Positions 1 to 14,400 are shown, numbered from the whole stretch's first letter. The stretch is DNA of 63,728 nt, filler included, from 11 parts of 11 records of this genome joined end to end with filler, not necessarily neighbours in it; one strand, 5' to 3'. Program-made: numbers and translations. Notes: generated from the letters alone by a model not told the origin.

Positions 1-3000
1 AGCGCGCACAGCACATCCGCCGCCACCACCCGGGCCGGCGGGCCAGCCTTGGCCGGCGGGTTGGCGCCGTCCACCGGGGCTGCGGACAGCTCAGCAGCCG
101 GTTCAGGCAGCAGCGCTGCCAGCGGCGACGGGCTGGGCTGACGGGAACTATGCTTGGGCGAGCCGGACACCCGGGCGGCAACAAAGCTGTAAAGTTGGCT
201 GCTCAGGAAAGTCTCGGTGTGTGAGGGCGAGAGCAGCACCAGCAGCCGCGAGACGGCCGCCACTCCATTGTCCGACCGCTCCACCTTGTCCACCTTGCCG
301 TACCGCAGCTGCTGGTCGGTTGTGTCCAGCCAGGCAACCAGCTCACCTGCGAACGCGAGTGGGCGGCCGCAGCCACCGGCCAGCGCACCGGGCTGAAACA
401 CGCGGAGCGGCGTTATCTGGACCAGTCCTTGGTCGAGCTCTGAGAGCGGGCTGCCGCACACGCCGCGGTCCAAGTCGACTGGCGCCGCGTCCACCACCCC
501 TGGCCGCCACAGTGAGCCCCGCTGCCGGCTGCGGCCGCACCGATCGAGCTGAGAGTGGCGCTGAGCGCTGCGGGGTCGGCTGCCAGCGCCACTGAGAGCG
601 GCTGCAGGTCGGTGAGTCCGAGCTGAAGCGCCACGTTGAGCGCGCGGGCAGTGGCTTGATGCACAGTCAGCCCGGAGCTGCCGCTCGGCCACACCACGCT
701 CAGTGCCTGTGTTTGGCGCTCCCAGTGCCAAAGCGAGCCCTCCGGGCTGAGCGTGACGTCCTGGCCGGCGAGCAAGAACTTGGAGCGGACCGAGTGCACA
801 AAGTCGAGCTGGACCGCCGCCAGGCTCGACTGCAGCCCCTCGAGCTCCACTGCCGGCACGCTCTCGCGCCGCTGCTGAGCCTCGACTAGCAGGCAGCTCT
901 GCACGGCCACTGCAACCTGCCGACAGTCCGCTCAGCGATCAGGGCCGAGCCGAATGGCGCCTGAGGAGAAGCCACGGCGGCGCGGAGCTGTTGCTCGGTG
1001 GGTTGGTCGTGCTGGTCGAGAGGCACTAGCTGCTCGAGCTCCTGGTGCACTGCCTTGGAGAGCGGCCGCACACCGAGCCAAGAGCAAACTGCCAGTGGAA
1101 TCCGTGCGGACACAATCCTGATCTGACCCGGCTGCCAGCACAGTGAGTGGGCGAAGCAGCTAGCTGGCCACCTGCACTCGACTGAGCAAAGAGGCGTTGT
1201 CGTTGAAGAAGACCTCGTGCACAGGGGTCAGCTGGGAGCTCTCGTCTGGCACAAGCAGCGAGGCCCTGAGCGCGGGCTGAAGCTCTTCAGTCATGTCAGC
1301 CAGCAGCAGCAGCACTTGCACCACCGCCTGGTGCTCGTTGGGGTTGAGCACGCCCTCGCCTAGCTCGGAGGCCAGCTCATTCAGGAAGGCGGCATAGTGC
1401 TGCGCAGTGGGCGTCTGGTGGGCGCCCAACTTGGTGAAGAAGTCGTCATGTGCACCTGGGCAGCGTGGGCAGCGGGCCAGCCAGCTGGCACACCTAGTGA
1501 GCGCGGGATCTCGTACATGAACGGCTGCAGGTTGCACTCGAGCTTGAAATACAGATTACGCGCCCTAATCCACCGGTCTCCGATCGGAATGATCGGAGTA
1601 TTTGAGAGCAGCTTGACTTGCTCGGCGGAAAGGCTTTCCCAGTGCCGCTCCAGGTAGGTGTAGATCACTGTGGTGACCGCGATGGGAGTCTGCTCCAGCG
1701 ACCAGCGGTCCAGGCTGACCGAGCTGGTGAGTTGGCTGATGTGTGCCAGCACTGTGCCGGTAGTGGGCGGGGTCTTGATGCCGAGGTGCGTCCAGACATA
1801 CTCGGGTGGCATGTGGATCTTGAGCAGCACCGGCATCACCGTCCAGACCAGTGCGTGGTCTCGAGGAAGCGCGCACTCAGAGAAGCATGCCAGCCGTTGC
1901 TCCTCCGAGTCTGGGTGGTGCACCGGCACAAACTTGAGCCCAGCAATCTTGGTGCAGAACGAGGCTGAGTACAGCGTAGCCAGATTGGACCACAGGAAAC
2001 TGTGCAGCTCGACTGATCTGTCCACTAGTGCCTGATCATACTCTGTTTGGGCCTCAAGAGCAATCTGCTCGGCGCATTGGATGAACAATGTGGGGTCAAT
2101 CCGGCTCTGGAGCCCGACATCGCGCAGGAAGCCAATCCAGTCCGGCTGAGCGTACTGCTTGGTGGGGAATAGCTGGGTCTCGCCGAAAACATTGCGCAGA
2201 AGCGGCACAGTGGGGTCCACGGCATACTGTGGAGCCACCCTATGCGTGCCAACGTCGACAAACGGTGTATTCCGCAGGGTGTCTGTGATTTCAGTGTCCG
2301 CGCTCAGCTCGGCCCAGTGGGTCTTGATCCAGAACACCCAACCATCCCCATCTTGCTCCGACACGTTGGAGTACTGTGGCAGCAAAAACCGCGCAAACAC
2401 TTGGGCTGTGCTCAGCTCCTGAATTCCCAAAAACTCAAAAAAGCTCGGGTCTCGACATTGCTTGAGGAACCGGCTGTCTTGAGTGAGCGTTGCCTCCTTG
2501 ACCAGAACGTCGACAGGCTCAAATGTGGAAAACTCACCACCAGTAATCGCGGTGAATCGACGGCCACTGGCTCCTTTTTCAGATACAACAAGGTCCTCCT
2601 CACGCTCCATGGAGTTTCCTGGATCCCATCGCTCAAAGATTGGGAGCGACTGGAGCACAGCGCATTCACGGGCCGTGAAGCCAAACTGCTGGTGCCCCTC
2701 GATGAAAAGATCTAACAGTGTATCGCAGTCTGTGTCGGTCAGGACAGACAGGTCGGCGGGCCTCACTGCGCGCAGCTCGTGCAGTTGATTGAGCACTACA
2801 GTGGCCAGTCGCTCAGCCCCGGGGGCAGCGCCCTCAAAGTACTGCTTGAAGTCTGGATGCAATATGGGAGTGCCCATGCGCTTCATGATCCCAGCCACCT
2901 CAGCCATCATGGGACCACCGGCATCAGGCACCAACAGCAAACGCGAGAATGCACCGCCCACTGCTGTGAGCTCTCCGGAGCCAGTGGGCACCAGTGGCCA

Positions 3001-6000
3001 CTGTGCAAAGAGTCTCTCCACGTCGGCAGACCAGCTGCAGAATGACCAGAAATCGTGAAGCCATTGAAGTGTTGGCTTGGGCTTTGTCTCATCATTGCTA
3101 CCGTGCCAGGGCACAAACGTCTGGCCTTGATAATTCGCAGGTAAATGAGACAACAGGTTCGCTGCTAGCGTCTTGGGCTGGAAAATAGAGAGCTGAAGTG
3201 CATCCGCGAACGACCTGTCCCGAAAGTGATGCGCAAATGCAGTCACCACGGCTGGACTAACAAATCGGTGAGATAACGCTGGAAGTAGAGCCTGCTCCTC
3301 GGGTGACGCCACAAAATGCACTGCGCCAAACGTGCCAACATCCTGGGAGGCCATGGGCAGCAATTTTAGTCCAAGCAGATCCTGACAATTGGACGAGTCA
3401 ACATCTGACAAACAGAACCTCAGCAGCCCCTCCACAAGATTCTTGGAAGGTTCAGAAGATGTCGAGTTCGGAATGCCGCTGTTGTGCGTCTTCTTCATAT
3501 GTTGTCTCAGCACCTGCGGCGTGACCTTCTTCACGTCTGCAGCCTTCGCCAGGTCGTCGAAAACCACAGCTGGAGCGCTAAACAGTGGGAACTGAGCCGC
3601 AACAAAGCCTTCGATCGATCCGGTGAGCTCTGCGGAACGGAAGTATCCTTTTTTGGCTTCGACCGGCTCCTGGTTCCCTCTTATTGGCGTGAACAGCTTC
3701 ATTCCAGCCAGCTGTTTGTACAGCGGAGCTAGGAAGGGAGCAACTGTGGACTCCACCTGGCTACCAACAGGCCAGAATCTCAGCGGATCCTGGAAGTTCC
3801 TCTTGCAAAGCCACTCAAGCACCATAGTATAAGCTATAACAACGTTCTGCGCCACTGCCATGTTCCACCGCCGCACGATGCCAAGATGCTCCGCGAACCG
3901 ACGCACTCGGCCCTGCGAGCTGCTCAGTATGAAAAATCCGTTGATGTGGGCTGGCAGGCCAGTCTCGCAGTTCAAAGCCGTGGTGCAGAAAGCTCGACCA
4001 GCTGTCTCTGGCGCATTAGCCTCGTTCCTGCTCAGATGCACTGCCACGCCGCCTACTGGCTTGAGCTCGTACCCATGCAGGCTCTTGAGCTCCATCGCAA
4101 CAGCCCTGGATTCGAGCCCACCCAAGCACTCAGCCACCGCCCACCTGGCCGCCGATCAGTGGCCAAATCAGCATGAGCGGCACGTGTCTGCAGTGTGCTG
4201 GCCGGTCTGCAGGTCAACTGACTTGAATTGGAGCAGGTAGCACAGCTGCAGCGCCGAGAAGCCGCCAAACAGGTTCCCAATCGCAAACTTGTCCCACTGC
4301 GAGTCCTGAATAACCCAGAATGAGCCATCTAGACACCAGACAAAGCACACCTGCTTGACTTCCCGACGCTTGTATCTCACCTTTTCACTCGAAATGAGAG
4401 AACATTGCGCTACACTCTGGGGCTGTGCCGCATCAGTCGGCCAGGTTGAGAGCAAGAGGTGCTCAGTGGAGTTTAAGAAAAGCATTGCACAGCCCATACT
4501 CTCCTTGAACGAGGCGACTACGTCGCGGGCCCGGTCGAGGTTGGTCCGGACCACCTGCTTCTTTGACAGATCGGGCACATCTGGCAGATCGGGCTCAGGT
4601 TGTTCTTCTGGACTCGCTCCTGACTCGGCTGGGCTATCAGCAGGTTCTTCGCATTCGGTCCACCTTTTAATCTCTTGCTCAATGGTATCGGCTCGCTCTG
4701 CCAACTGTGCTCTTTGGTCCTTGGTCGCTGCCAGCATCTGCTCTTGCACACCAAGCAGCTCGGCATTCAGCTCCTTGATCGCAGTCTGTTTGATTTCACG
4801 CCAAGACCATGCACTTTTGGGCTGCTCTTCATCAACACTAAGCCCTGTCGCTGCGGGCTCTTGCTCGGCCTCTGGAGCAGCGCCTTTGGTGCAGTCCTCT
4901 GTCAGCTCCGGTCGGATTGGGACTCGGATCAGTGTGCCCTTGTAACCGTTGTTATGATCGAAGTCGTCCCAGACATTGAATGGCCTGCCACCCAGTCAGA
5001 GCTCTCACAGAGCCCAATTAGCTTTGACCGTAATTGGTCGGGGAATCGTCCTCCCGAGGCGAGGAAGGCAAATGCCTTGCCGACAGGCGACCCATTTGGA
5101 CCATGATCAGTGCTACTACTGAGTAGCTTTCCGGCTGGATCAAACATATGCAACCAACTCCCGGCGAGCACCATCACACAGTCACAGAAACCAAAAGTAC
5201 CAAGGAGCCCCTGCCCACTCCTGAGGGTAGTCCCGCGCACCTGAAACAAAGCCAGCAATGATTCAGCAATGATTGATGGAGGGAAGCTGGATCGTCACCC
5301 CAGATCTGTGTTGGTTGGATAAAAGTCGACAGATTTCCTCTGTGTCCAGTACAACTTCAGGGATGCAAAACACAAATGCCGGGCCCTGGAGTGGTGCCAG
5401 GTTCCGCTGCATGAGCGACTGGGCCGGGTGCTGCCTCTCGTCGAGCATGATCCGCAGATGGCGAGCACCTGAAGCCAGAGCCTTGAGGATTACACAAAGG
5501 CCGGGCACCAGCGGCATCAGCGACTTCAAGAATGTCCTGGATGAGAAAGCTCTCGTCGAATGATTTCGTCAGCAGTGGCTCGACAAATGACATGGGTGGA
5601 CAGGGCACAGCTTGCATCTCTACCTGATCCGAAAGTATGATGCTCCTGAGCGACTGAGCGCCAAAGTGCTGTGCAAGCTCGTTGTGGATCGACGGGTGAA
5701 CAAACACTAGCGGTGGGCAAGAAGAAGATTCCTGCCGAGACGATGCCTGCACCACATCCAGAGTCAGCCAGTCGGGCTTATTAGCAGATGACTGACCGCC
5801 AGCCATGGAGCATCATCAAAGCACAGCTGACGGCCTGGTAAGAGGATGGAACCTTTCCCTGATTCGACCTCTGCACAGGGCACCGGAACTGTAGCTCGGT
5901 CGTTGCTGGACAACTGATCGTCTTCTTTGAGGTGCGAAAGAATGGTCACGCAGCGTGAAACACTGGCTTCATCCAGTCCAGCTGAGGTCTGCTCTTTTTG

Positions 6001-6773
6001 TATCAATCGCAGGACTGCAATGAAGTCACGACTGGTAAATCTCTCCTTCACTCCAAACTCGGCATACAATGGGAGGAACGCGGCCATGTCATCTGGCACA
6101 CTGTGCAAGGTTGGTTTTAGATTTACAGGTGACTCGACAGCCACCCTTTGCGCGACTTCGAAGCCGTGATTCAGGTCTATCCAAACTACCTTCTGATTCT
6201 GAGTACCAACAAGTCCCGAAGTAAAATCATCAGTGCCGATGCTGTCCATGAGCAGGCGATAAATCTGTGGGACTGCCTGGGCCACCGCAACCACGCCAGC
6301 TGTCACTTGATCCTGCTGCCGTAGCCGGGAAAACTGCTTTCCGAGTTCAACTAGCTGATAACACAGCACTTGTGGACGAAGCGACGCAGACCAGCCAAGG
6401 CCCTGGACTAGCTCTGCAGAGTGAATCTCGCCATCGAGCAGATCAAGGGACCACGACACCAGCCAAGCATCTTGAATTGATCTCGTGGAATCAGGCCTCC
6501 CAACCTGACTCCGCTTCTTGCGATCAGCCCAAGGCAGCCCCTCTAGTGGAGCTGAGGTGTGCACAGGAAGCCAAGCAATTGGAGCAAGCTCGTCGCCCAG
6601 CTTTGGATCCTCAGACCACAGCCTTGAGGCATGGCGATCTACATAAGCCAGCAACGCTTGAGATCGCTTCGATACTGTCTCACTCTCGATCTCCTGCTTC
6701 CCCAGAGCATCCAAGGCACGCGCACACTCCACAATACCTGCAGCGTCAAGCGAGGTGCGCAGCCCCAGCTGGG
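1..6773 (-). CDS. SACS: Sacsin-like protein, partial at both ends, multi-intron
   Basis: Spliced frames give sacsin-repeat motifs IQDILEVADAAGA..LDERQHP..LQGPAF, MFDP, FPDQLRPF, GTLIRVPIR, MLFLNS, GRAFC..TGLPAHINGFF and WNMAV. Introns of about 38-58 nt (e.g. 917-960, 5469-5508) join ORFs 5764-6732, 5357-5806, 4168-4749, 1381-4137, 1160-1537, 886-1113 and 413-910. Confidence 0.88.
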
Positions 6774-6873
6774 NNNNNNNNNNNNNNNNNNNNNNNNNNN
6801 NNNNNNNNNNNNNNNNNTTAATTAATTAANNNNNNNNNNNNNNNNNNNNNNNNNNNNNNNNNNNNNNNNNNNN
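6774..6873. other. Artificial contig linker
   Basis: N44-TTAATTAATTAA-N44, with stops in all six frames. Confidence 0.99.
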
Positions 6874-7002
6874 GTACAATTTTTTCGCCGTGCCTTGATA
6901 TATTGTAGCTGCGCTGGTAGCTGCATCTTTTCTGACAGGGGTCCGATGCCGTTATTACGGACCCGGTCTGTCCTGGCTCATACCCGCGGCGAGCAGCGTC
7001 TG

Positions 7003-8366
7003 ATGGAACGGTGGGAGCGGTTCGAGCCGAGCAAGGTGCCAACTGATTAGCTGGCTGCGATCCCGGGCAGAACTTGCTCCCGGACGAGACCCGCTGCGCG
7101 CTGAATCCGGACGTGAGCATTTACGCTGGGTGAGGGGCCGGCCAGCCGGCTGCAGCTGGGGGCAGCGACACCAAGACCCGGTATAGACACGGGGAGCTGC
7201 AGCTGACGAGCCACCGAATGGTCTGGCGGGCCGGGTCGGTCGCACTGCAGCTACCGCTTGAGCACATAGCCGGGGCAGAGGCCAAGGCAGCACATGGCCG
7301 GCGGGTGACGGCTGACCGCGGCGGGCAGAGCGGGCTGATCTTCGGGAGCGCCAAGATCAAGCTGGGGCTGTACGATAGCTCAGAGTTTGTAATGCTCGGG
7401 TTCGATAGCGGTCTGAGCTGAGACTGCGGCTGCCGACGGCGGGCAGGCCGGGATTCGATGCTCGGCCAGCTCCGGACCGTGCTCAAGATGAAGGCCTGGC
7501 TCGAGGCCGGCGCGATCGCCGAGGCGACGGCCGACACGGCTCCGAGCTCGCTCCGATCTGGGCTGGGTGCGCCCAGCCTGTGCGAGGCTGAGCCAGGGGC
7601 AGCTGGGCTGGACAGGGCAGCGCGGCTCAAGGCCGAGTCGCAGGCGGAGCTTGCCGACAGCGGGCTGGCTGAGCTGGACAAGCTGGTGGCGCTGGCCAAG
7701 CCGATGGTGCGGGTGTGGCTGGGACGGGCGGAGCCTGCGCCAGGTGCAACTCGCCGAACGGCTAGAGAGCAAACTGCAGCAGCACAAGCAGCCGCTCAGC
7801 CAGAACGAGCTGGAGCTAGCTGAGCTGCTCGGGAACGTCGGGATTTTAAACCCAGTCACCCGCCAGACCGTCAAGGAGAAGGAATTCCAGGCTGCTCTCG
7901 CTAGAGAGATCAGCACCGCGCTCAAGAAGCCGCTAGACTCTGCGGGCGGAATGCTCAGCTTGCCAGATGTTTACTGCATCCACTCGCGGATGCGCGGGAC
8001 CCAGCTGGTTTCGCCGGCCGAGCTGTACGCGGCCTGTGAACAGTTGGAGCCGCTCGGGCTAGGAATGAGGCTCCGGAAGTTTGACAGCGGCGTGATCGTG
8101 CTCAGCGCAGGTGGCAGCCAGCACAGGCCTTGGCAAGCGGTAGGGCAGATTCTCGGACTGATGACACCATGTGCCAAGAGCTGGAGGATTTGGTTGCATC
8201 TTCCGAGGCGGGTTGGGTAACTGCACTCCAGATTGCTCAAAGCTTAGAAACGAGTATCACCTTGGCTGATGAAGTAATACGGATCGGGGAGCGACGAGGT
8301 GTCGTATGTAGAGACCAATCTTTCGAGGCAACCCGCTACTATCGAAACCAGTTTTGTGCTGTATAA
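7003..8366 (+). CDS. VPS36: ESCRT-II subunit VPS36/EAP45 (GLUE domain plus winged helices), 7 introns
   Basis: Spliced product MERWERFEPSK|NLLPDE..VSIYAG|DTKTRYRHGELQLTSHRMVW..SAKIKLGL..LDKLVALAKPM|VQLAE..GILNPVTR..GGMLSLPDVYCIHSRMRGTQLVSP..GVVCRD. Introns are 35-42 nt (7036-7070, 7130-7165, 7287-7328, 7411-7446 and others). Confidence 0.93.
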
Positions 8367-8605
8367 TTTATTCATAAATAAAATGTATATAAAAAGTACG
8401 ACTTAAGTCTGAATATTCAACTGTGGATAATAATTATTATCCGGCATGATATCCGGATGCATGTACATACAGTATTCATGACTTGTATGTACACGATTAT
8501 GTACATGATAATGAATGCTCGGTAAGTAACTAACGAACATGAGATTGGTGTTACAGCATAGAGCTTGCAAGCGAGCTTGCGCTCAAAATGACAGCTCAGG
8601 GCTTC

Positions 8606-9334
8606 TCATACATGTGTCGGTCGGACTCCTACAGTTGGGTTCATATGATATGCCAGGACTCCGTCCTTGGTGCTCAAAACGAGATCTCCTTCTTGTCGCG
8701 GATATTGCTGCGCACTTGTTGATTCGTGTGATTGTGAGCTGGGCTTACGCTTTGAGCTCTTGTCGTGTGGCTGTTCCGGCTCCGCATGCTCTTCAAGGCC
8801 AGGTATGCACCACTGAGTCAGCCAAGAGTCCGATCCAGTTTGACGGCCCCACTCGATATAGACGCTAAGGCCTGCACAACACTTACCGGGCGAAGTATTG
8901 CAAGGGGTCACCCCACGAAGCTGGGAGCAGCGCAGCATTCACGAACAATAGTGCAGCAACTAGCTTAGCACAGTCCGAATATCCGGTGATCTCGCAGTCT
9001 TCAGCCCAGAGAAAGCCGAGCCCAGCCCAGATACAGGTGAATAGCCAGAGCACCATGTAAACAGCAGTAGGGATGTGGTATAAAGTAAGATCTTTGGCCC
9101 TGGCAGGGGTTTTCAGTGGCACCAGTTCGGGGGCAGTTGCCTGGCGAGCACAGGCGGGCCCTCCTGGGTGAAGCGAAAGATTAAGAAATAGTAGACCGCG
9201 AACCCAGCTTGCCCTGCGCAGACGAAAGTAGACACGATCAGGAACGCGTCTACCGCCCCTGTACAGCCGCCGTCAAAGTGGATCCCCAGACCGGTGACAG
9301 CGGCGATCGAAGCGGTGCCGAGTGTGAGCCCCAT
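8606..9334 (-). CDS. Hypothetical small multi-pass membrane protein; start and exon junctions uncertain
   Basis: Hydrophobic segments in ORFs 9113-10090 (C-terminal part), 8883-9122 and 8606-8938 can be joined by short introns. Confidence 0.5.
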
Positions 9335-9671
9335 GACTCCTAGAGACAGGGGAGTACACTTGCCGGGACAAGCCCATTGCCTGAGGTGCTCAAAGCACCC
9401 GCCGCACCCCTCGAGTAGCACTGCCGCAATGACTGCTGTGTGCTGCTGATGCAGGGGCTCCCGATGTCGCTTCCTCACGAAAAGGCGGAGCACTCTAAGC
9501 ACTGGCACTGGCAGGCGAGCGCCCAAATGCGGGAGCCGAGCGGCCGGGGGGGGCGAGTCTCGTGCCAGCCGCCCGGTCAGTCGCCCCGTGTCCCCGCTCA
9601 AGCCGGTGACCAGTCGGAGGACGCCAATTGTAAACGGGAGCAAATGGGATTGTCCTGAGGGACCTGGGGTG

Positions 9672-11091
9672 ATGACCGACTCGCCCCCGCCCGGCTCTCC
9701 GCTGAGCACCCGGCTGGCCAAGGTGCGAGCGCTCGCTGCGGATAGAAAGCAGCGGGTGGAGGCCGAGTCCAAGGCCAAGCGGGAGGCCGACAGGCAACTC
9801 CGGCAGCAGCAGTCCCCGGTCCACTCGCCCAGCCAGCTCGCCAGCCCGGAGCCCGAACCGCAGACCACCGAGCGGGTGAGCCAGCTGGCTATCGAGCTGG
9901 CCGAGTGCCAGCGCCGGGCCCGGGCTGAGGTGGGCGAGTTGGAGGCTCGGAACGATAAGGCGGCACGAGAGAACCTGCGGCTGGAGCAGGCGCTCAAGGC
10001 CCAGCAGGAGTGTGAGCAGCCCATAGGGCCGGCCGAGCTGGAGGAGCGGGTCAAGCAGCTCGAGGCCGTCAATGCGGGGCTGGAGCACAAACTGGCCGCG
10101 GCTGCTGACGCCGATCAGCTGGCCGATCTGAGGAAGAGGATCAAGGAGCTCGAGCGGGCCAAGCGGAAGGACCAGGCCTTGCTCGAGCAGGCGTCCGTTG
10201 CCAGGAACGAGCTGGTCGGCCAGCTCGAGGACGCGCGCCGCTCGGTGCAGGAGCTTGGATCAGATCAGGCCAAACGGGAGAAAGTGAGTTTGCTGTACCG
10301 TGAGGCAATCGAGGCCGAGTCCCGCAGCGAGTTTGAGCAGTGCCGCGAGCTGCTCGAGCGGGTGGTCGAGACGGACGGGGAGCACAAATCGGCCCATCGG
10401 AAGCTCGGGATGCTGCTGTCGGATCAATTCGGGCAGCACCAGCAGGCCGAGCAGCACTTTGTGCAGGTGGAGCGGATACAGAAGAACCAACGGAGCCAGC
10501 AGGCCGGTCGTGCCGGCCAGGCGTGGGGGCTCAAGCAGATCGCGGCGCTGCAGGCCGAGGCCGTCAGGGCAGGCGAGCTAGACTGGGAGCTGCAGCAATC
10601 GCAGCAGCGGAACAGGGAGCTGCAGCAGATGTGAGTGGCCGTCTGGGCTTTGGCCAGCCGGGGGCAGGATGGACCAGCTCAAATTTGAGCTTTCTGAGAT
10701 CAAGCGACTGGAGAGGGAGACGATGGAGGCCGAAAAGTACTCGCGGCAGGCGATGGAGGCCGAGCAGGAGGCACGTGAGTTGCGACAGTCGCTCGGGTCG
10801 ATGGAGCAGCTACAGCGCGAGCACGCGAGGGCCACGAAGGAGCGGGCGCAGTTCCAAGCGCAAGCTGGGCAGGCAAACAGGGAAGTAGTGGCCCTGGCGG
10901 AGCAGGTGATGGCTTCGGACCTGGAGCTGGAGAGGGCTCTCGCGCAGCTAACCGGAGTGGAGACTGCGTTCAACAAGCTCAAGAAACAAGCGGCCGCCCG
11001 CGGCGTCCTGCACTGCCAGCAGCGCAGCCTCGAAACGGTGCTTAAACTGATACTCAACCGATGGCAAGCACGCAAGGCACACACTGGCTGA
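9672..11091 (+). CDS. Coiled-coil protein with a TPR-like segment
   Basis: Long E/Q/R/A heptad-rich ORF containing LYREAIEAE..AHRKLGMLLSDQFGQHQQAEQHF. One 37-nt intron near 10631-10667 joins ORF 10669-11091. Confidence 0.7.
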
Positions 11092-11424
11092 CCACAAGCA
11101 ACCAACCATGCTACGAACCCGACCTAGAACTGAGTAGTTAGCTAACTACTTACAACATGGGAATGTCTCGCGCTCGGTGACATAAGTAGTACGCACGAGT
11201 TCGGCCTTAGTTATTAGGCAATAAGTTATCGACTCACCCATTTCTATAAACATTGATAAGCATTGACAACAACACTTGTAGAGCTCTGTACAGCTACCGG
11301 TAGCATCTAGAGCCATACACTGTAGCACCACCCGCTGCCGTTCCGAAATTCAGGTTCGTTGAAATCCAGGTTTCATGCCTGTGGAGGCAGGAGCGTCGAC
11401 CAGCGCACAGCTCTGGTCACCAGC

Positions 11425-14400
11425 ATGAGTGCCGCGCTGCTTCGGGCGAAGGTGAAGACGGCGGTGGAGCTGCGCGACGCCCGGTTGGTCTGGGAATGGC
11501 TCCACAAACCCGGCGGCCGGGCGCTGGCCTCGGAGCTGCTCCTGGAGCAGCTCGGGCTGCTCGACCGGCTGCTCTCCGCGGTGCTCCCGTACGAAGTTGG
11601 CTCTGAGCGGGAAAAGCGGCGGCTTACGCTGGCCAGTCTCTTCCTGAGCGCCCAGCTGTCTCTCGGAGCGGTCAGCTGCACCGACGGGGTGGCGGCCGAG
11701 CTGCTCCGGTCGCTCAAGCTGGCCGCAGACAGCCAGGGCAACAAGATGTCCACCACCGCCCGGCAGCAGCTACCCGGGATCACCCCGTCGATGCTCCAGC
11801 GCGGGTGCTCTGAAGGCAACTCGGAGCTGGTGGCTGCGGCTGTTGAGGCTGGGGCCGACTGCTCGGGAGCGATTGGGCCATTGGAGCAGGCGATCGCCAC
11901 CCGGCGGGTGTCTGTCCAGGCGGTGCTCGGGGCCCCGCTCGGGTTTCGGGCCGAGCTATATCAAGCGCTGCCCCCGCGGGAGCAGGCCGAGATGCTGGCG
12001 GGTTTGTCCAGGCCTTCCCGGATGGCAATGTTCCACGCAGTCCCGATCCACACCCGGCGCGAGATGCTGCTCCAGCCTGAGCTTCGGCCAGAGCTGCTCG
12101 CCGCGCTGCTCGCCAGCCAGGACGGCGCGCAGGCCTGCGTGGCTGCGCTGCCGGACTCGGAGCTCGGAGCTGTGCTGGGCGAAGCTCAGGCTGAGGACCG
12201 GGCCAGGCTGCTGGCAGCAGTGAGCCCAGACCAGCAAGAGGTGATGGCAAACCAGATGTCCATAGAGCAGCAGCAGGCGGCGATCAGTGGGACGTCAGTC
12301 AGGCAGCAGGCGGCCATCTTGGCTGGTGCGGCCGTGCCACTCAAGGCAGCGCTGTTCAACCAGCTCCGCCCATGCGAACAGCAAGCCGCGTGGGAGCAGA
12401 TGCCCTCGCAGCACAAGCCGGGGCTGTTCAGCGCATTGGACACCCAATCGGGCGAGCGGCTGGTGCGAGCGAGCCCGGCGGCGGGGTTGGCGGGGCTGTT
12501 TGTGGAGATGGACAGTCTCGGTCAATCTCGGCTGCTCGAGCTGATGTCGCCGGACCAGCTGCACCAGGGCTTCGAGGCGCTCCCCCCGGCACACAAGCCC
12601 ACCCTCTACCTTCAGCTCCCGCCAACTCACCAGGCCAATCTGCTTGCGAATACCAGTCCAGTCAGCAAGGCTCAGCTTTTCGATCAGCTGCCACCCGACA
12701 AGATGCAAACCATGCTTTCGCAGATTGGGCCGGCTGCCGCAGCCCAGATGTTCAGCCGGCAGTCACAGAAGCAGCAGGCTGCCCTGTTGGATGCCACAGA
12801 GCCCCGCACTCAGCTTGGGATCCTGGAGCAGCTCAGTGAGCCGGACCAGCGCACGCTGCTCGCCGGGCTGCAGATCGACTCAATGATCCGACTGCTCGGC
12901 TGCGCGGACCAGCCGGCCAAAGGCACGATCATTGCCCGGCTGAGCTTGAGCTCCAAAGCCGCGCTGATTCAGCGGCTGCCCGAGTCGGAGCGGGCAGAGG
13001 CGCTCACTGCAATGAGCACGCACGACAGGGTGGAGCTGTTTGTGCACCTTGAGCCGATCGAGCGGGGTAAGATGCTCGGGCGGCTCACTCCAACCCAACA
13101 AGCTCTGCTCTTCAGTGGGATGTCCGAGGTGCAGCAGGGGCAGATGCTCGAAGCAATGCCGAGCAACGCAGATCGGGCTGCAGTGTTTAGCATGCTGGCG
13201 TCCAACTGGTTTGGCCATCAACAGGCTGCCTTGCTGAATCAGATTGCAGTGCAAGAGAGGGTGGGGCTGGTGGTCGAACTTGGAGTCAAAGCCAAATCAG
13301 AGCTTCTTGCGCTGCTTCAGCCGTCGGATGTGGTTGATTTGTTCAAGCAGATGAGTGAACCTCAGCAGGCCAGCATGGTTGGTGCAATGAGAGCGGCAGC
13401 CGTTGCTGCTCTCTTGCTCGAGTTACCCGAGAAGCAACAGAAGCAACTACTGGCTGGGCTGGCGCTGGAACCGGAGCGCAAGGCCGAGATTATGCAGGCA
13501 GTGCCGCCTGAGCATCTGAAAGCAGTGCTAGCAGTCTGTTTCGATGTAGTCGCCACTGCATCGATGCTGGTTGCAAGTGCACCCCAAGAGCGGGCAAGGA
13601 TGCTCGATGCGATTGGCGCAGAGGAGCAGAAGCTTCTGATGTTGCAGTGCACTTCATCGCAGCGCAAGTCGATCCTGCCTGTCATGTCGCATGAGGCCAA
13701 GAGAACGCTGGTCTGTGCACTTAGTCGAGAGCAATTGAGCAAGATGCTCAATCCAATGACCTGCGAGGAGCACATCGATTTAATCCGTACTCTCCCCCAG
13801 TCTCAGCAGTCTAAGGTGCTCGATTTGCTCTCAGTTGAACAGCAGGCAGCGTTGTTTGTCAGTGCAGGGACCCCAGCCCAGTTGCAGGCCCAGATGGTGG
13901 CAGCGCTCAGCTCAACCAAGCAGATGGCGATTTGGAGACAGCTCTCCAGCGCTGATACGCCTCGCAGAAACACGCTGCTCTCTCTATGTGAGCCGTGCAA
14001 GCTCTTGGAAGCTGCAGTAGCAGCGCAAGATGTGCAGCTTGTCTCAGCGGTGCTAGGCCGGGGCGCGCCTGTTGACTGTCCCGGCGTCCTGCAACTAACA
14101 CCATTGCAGCTGTGTGCGGTCATACCAAACTGCTCAATTGAGCTAGTCACACATTTGCTGTCTGCCAGGGCCAGATTGCAGGCCCCGTCATCTGTGGCAG
14201 GCAGCAACCGATGTTCAGCGTTGGATCTTGCGCTGTCCAATGCGAAAGGCTGTACAGTTGCAACTGAGCTGCTTGAGATAGCTGGCGATACCGACTTATG
14301 GAATGCAATGCAGTGTGTCTCGTCTGTCCATCCTCTCTCTGCAGTATTGGCCAATAAGTGCCTGCTGAGGAATCACTTTGGCGAGGCAAGGATTCCGGCT

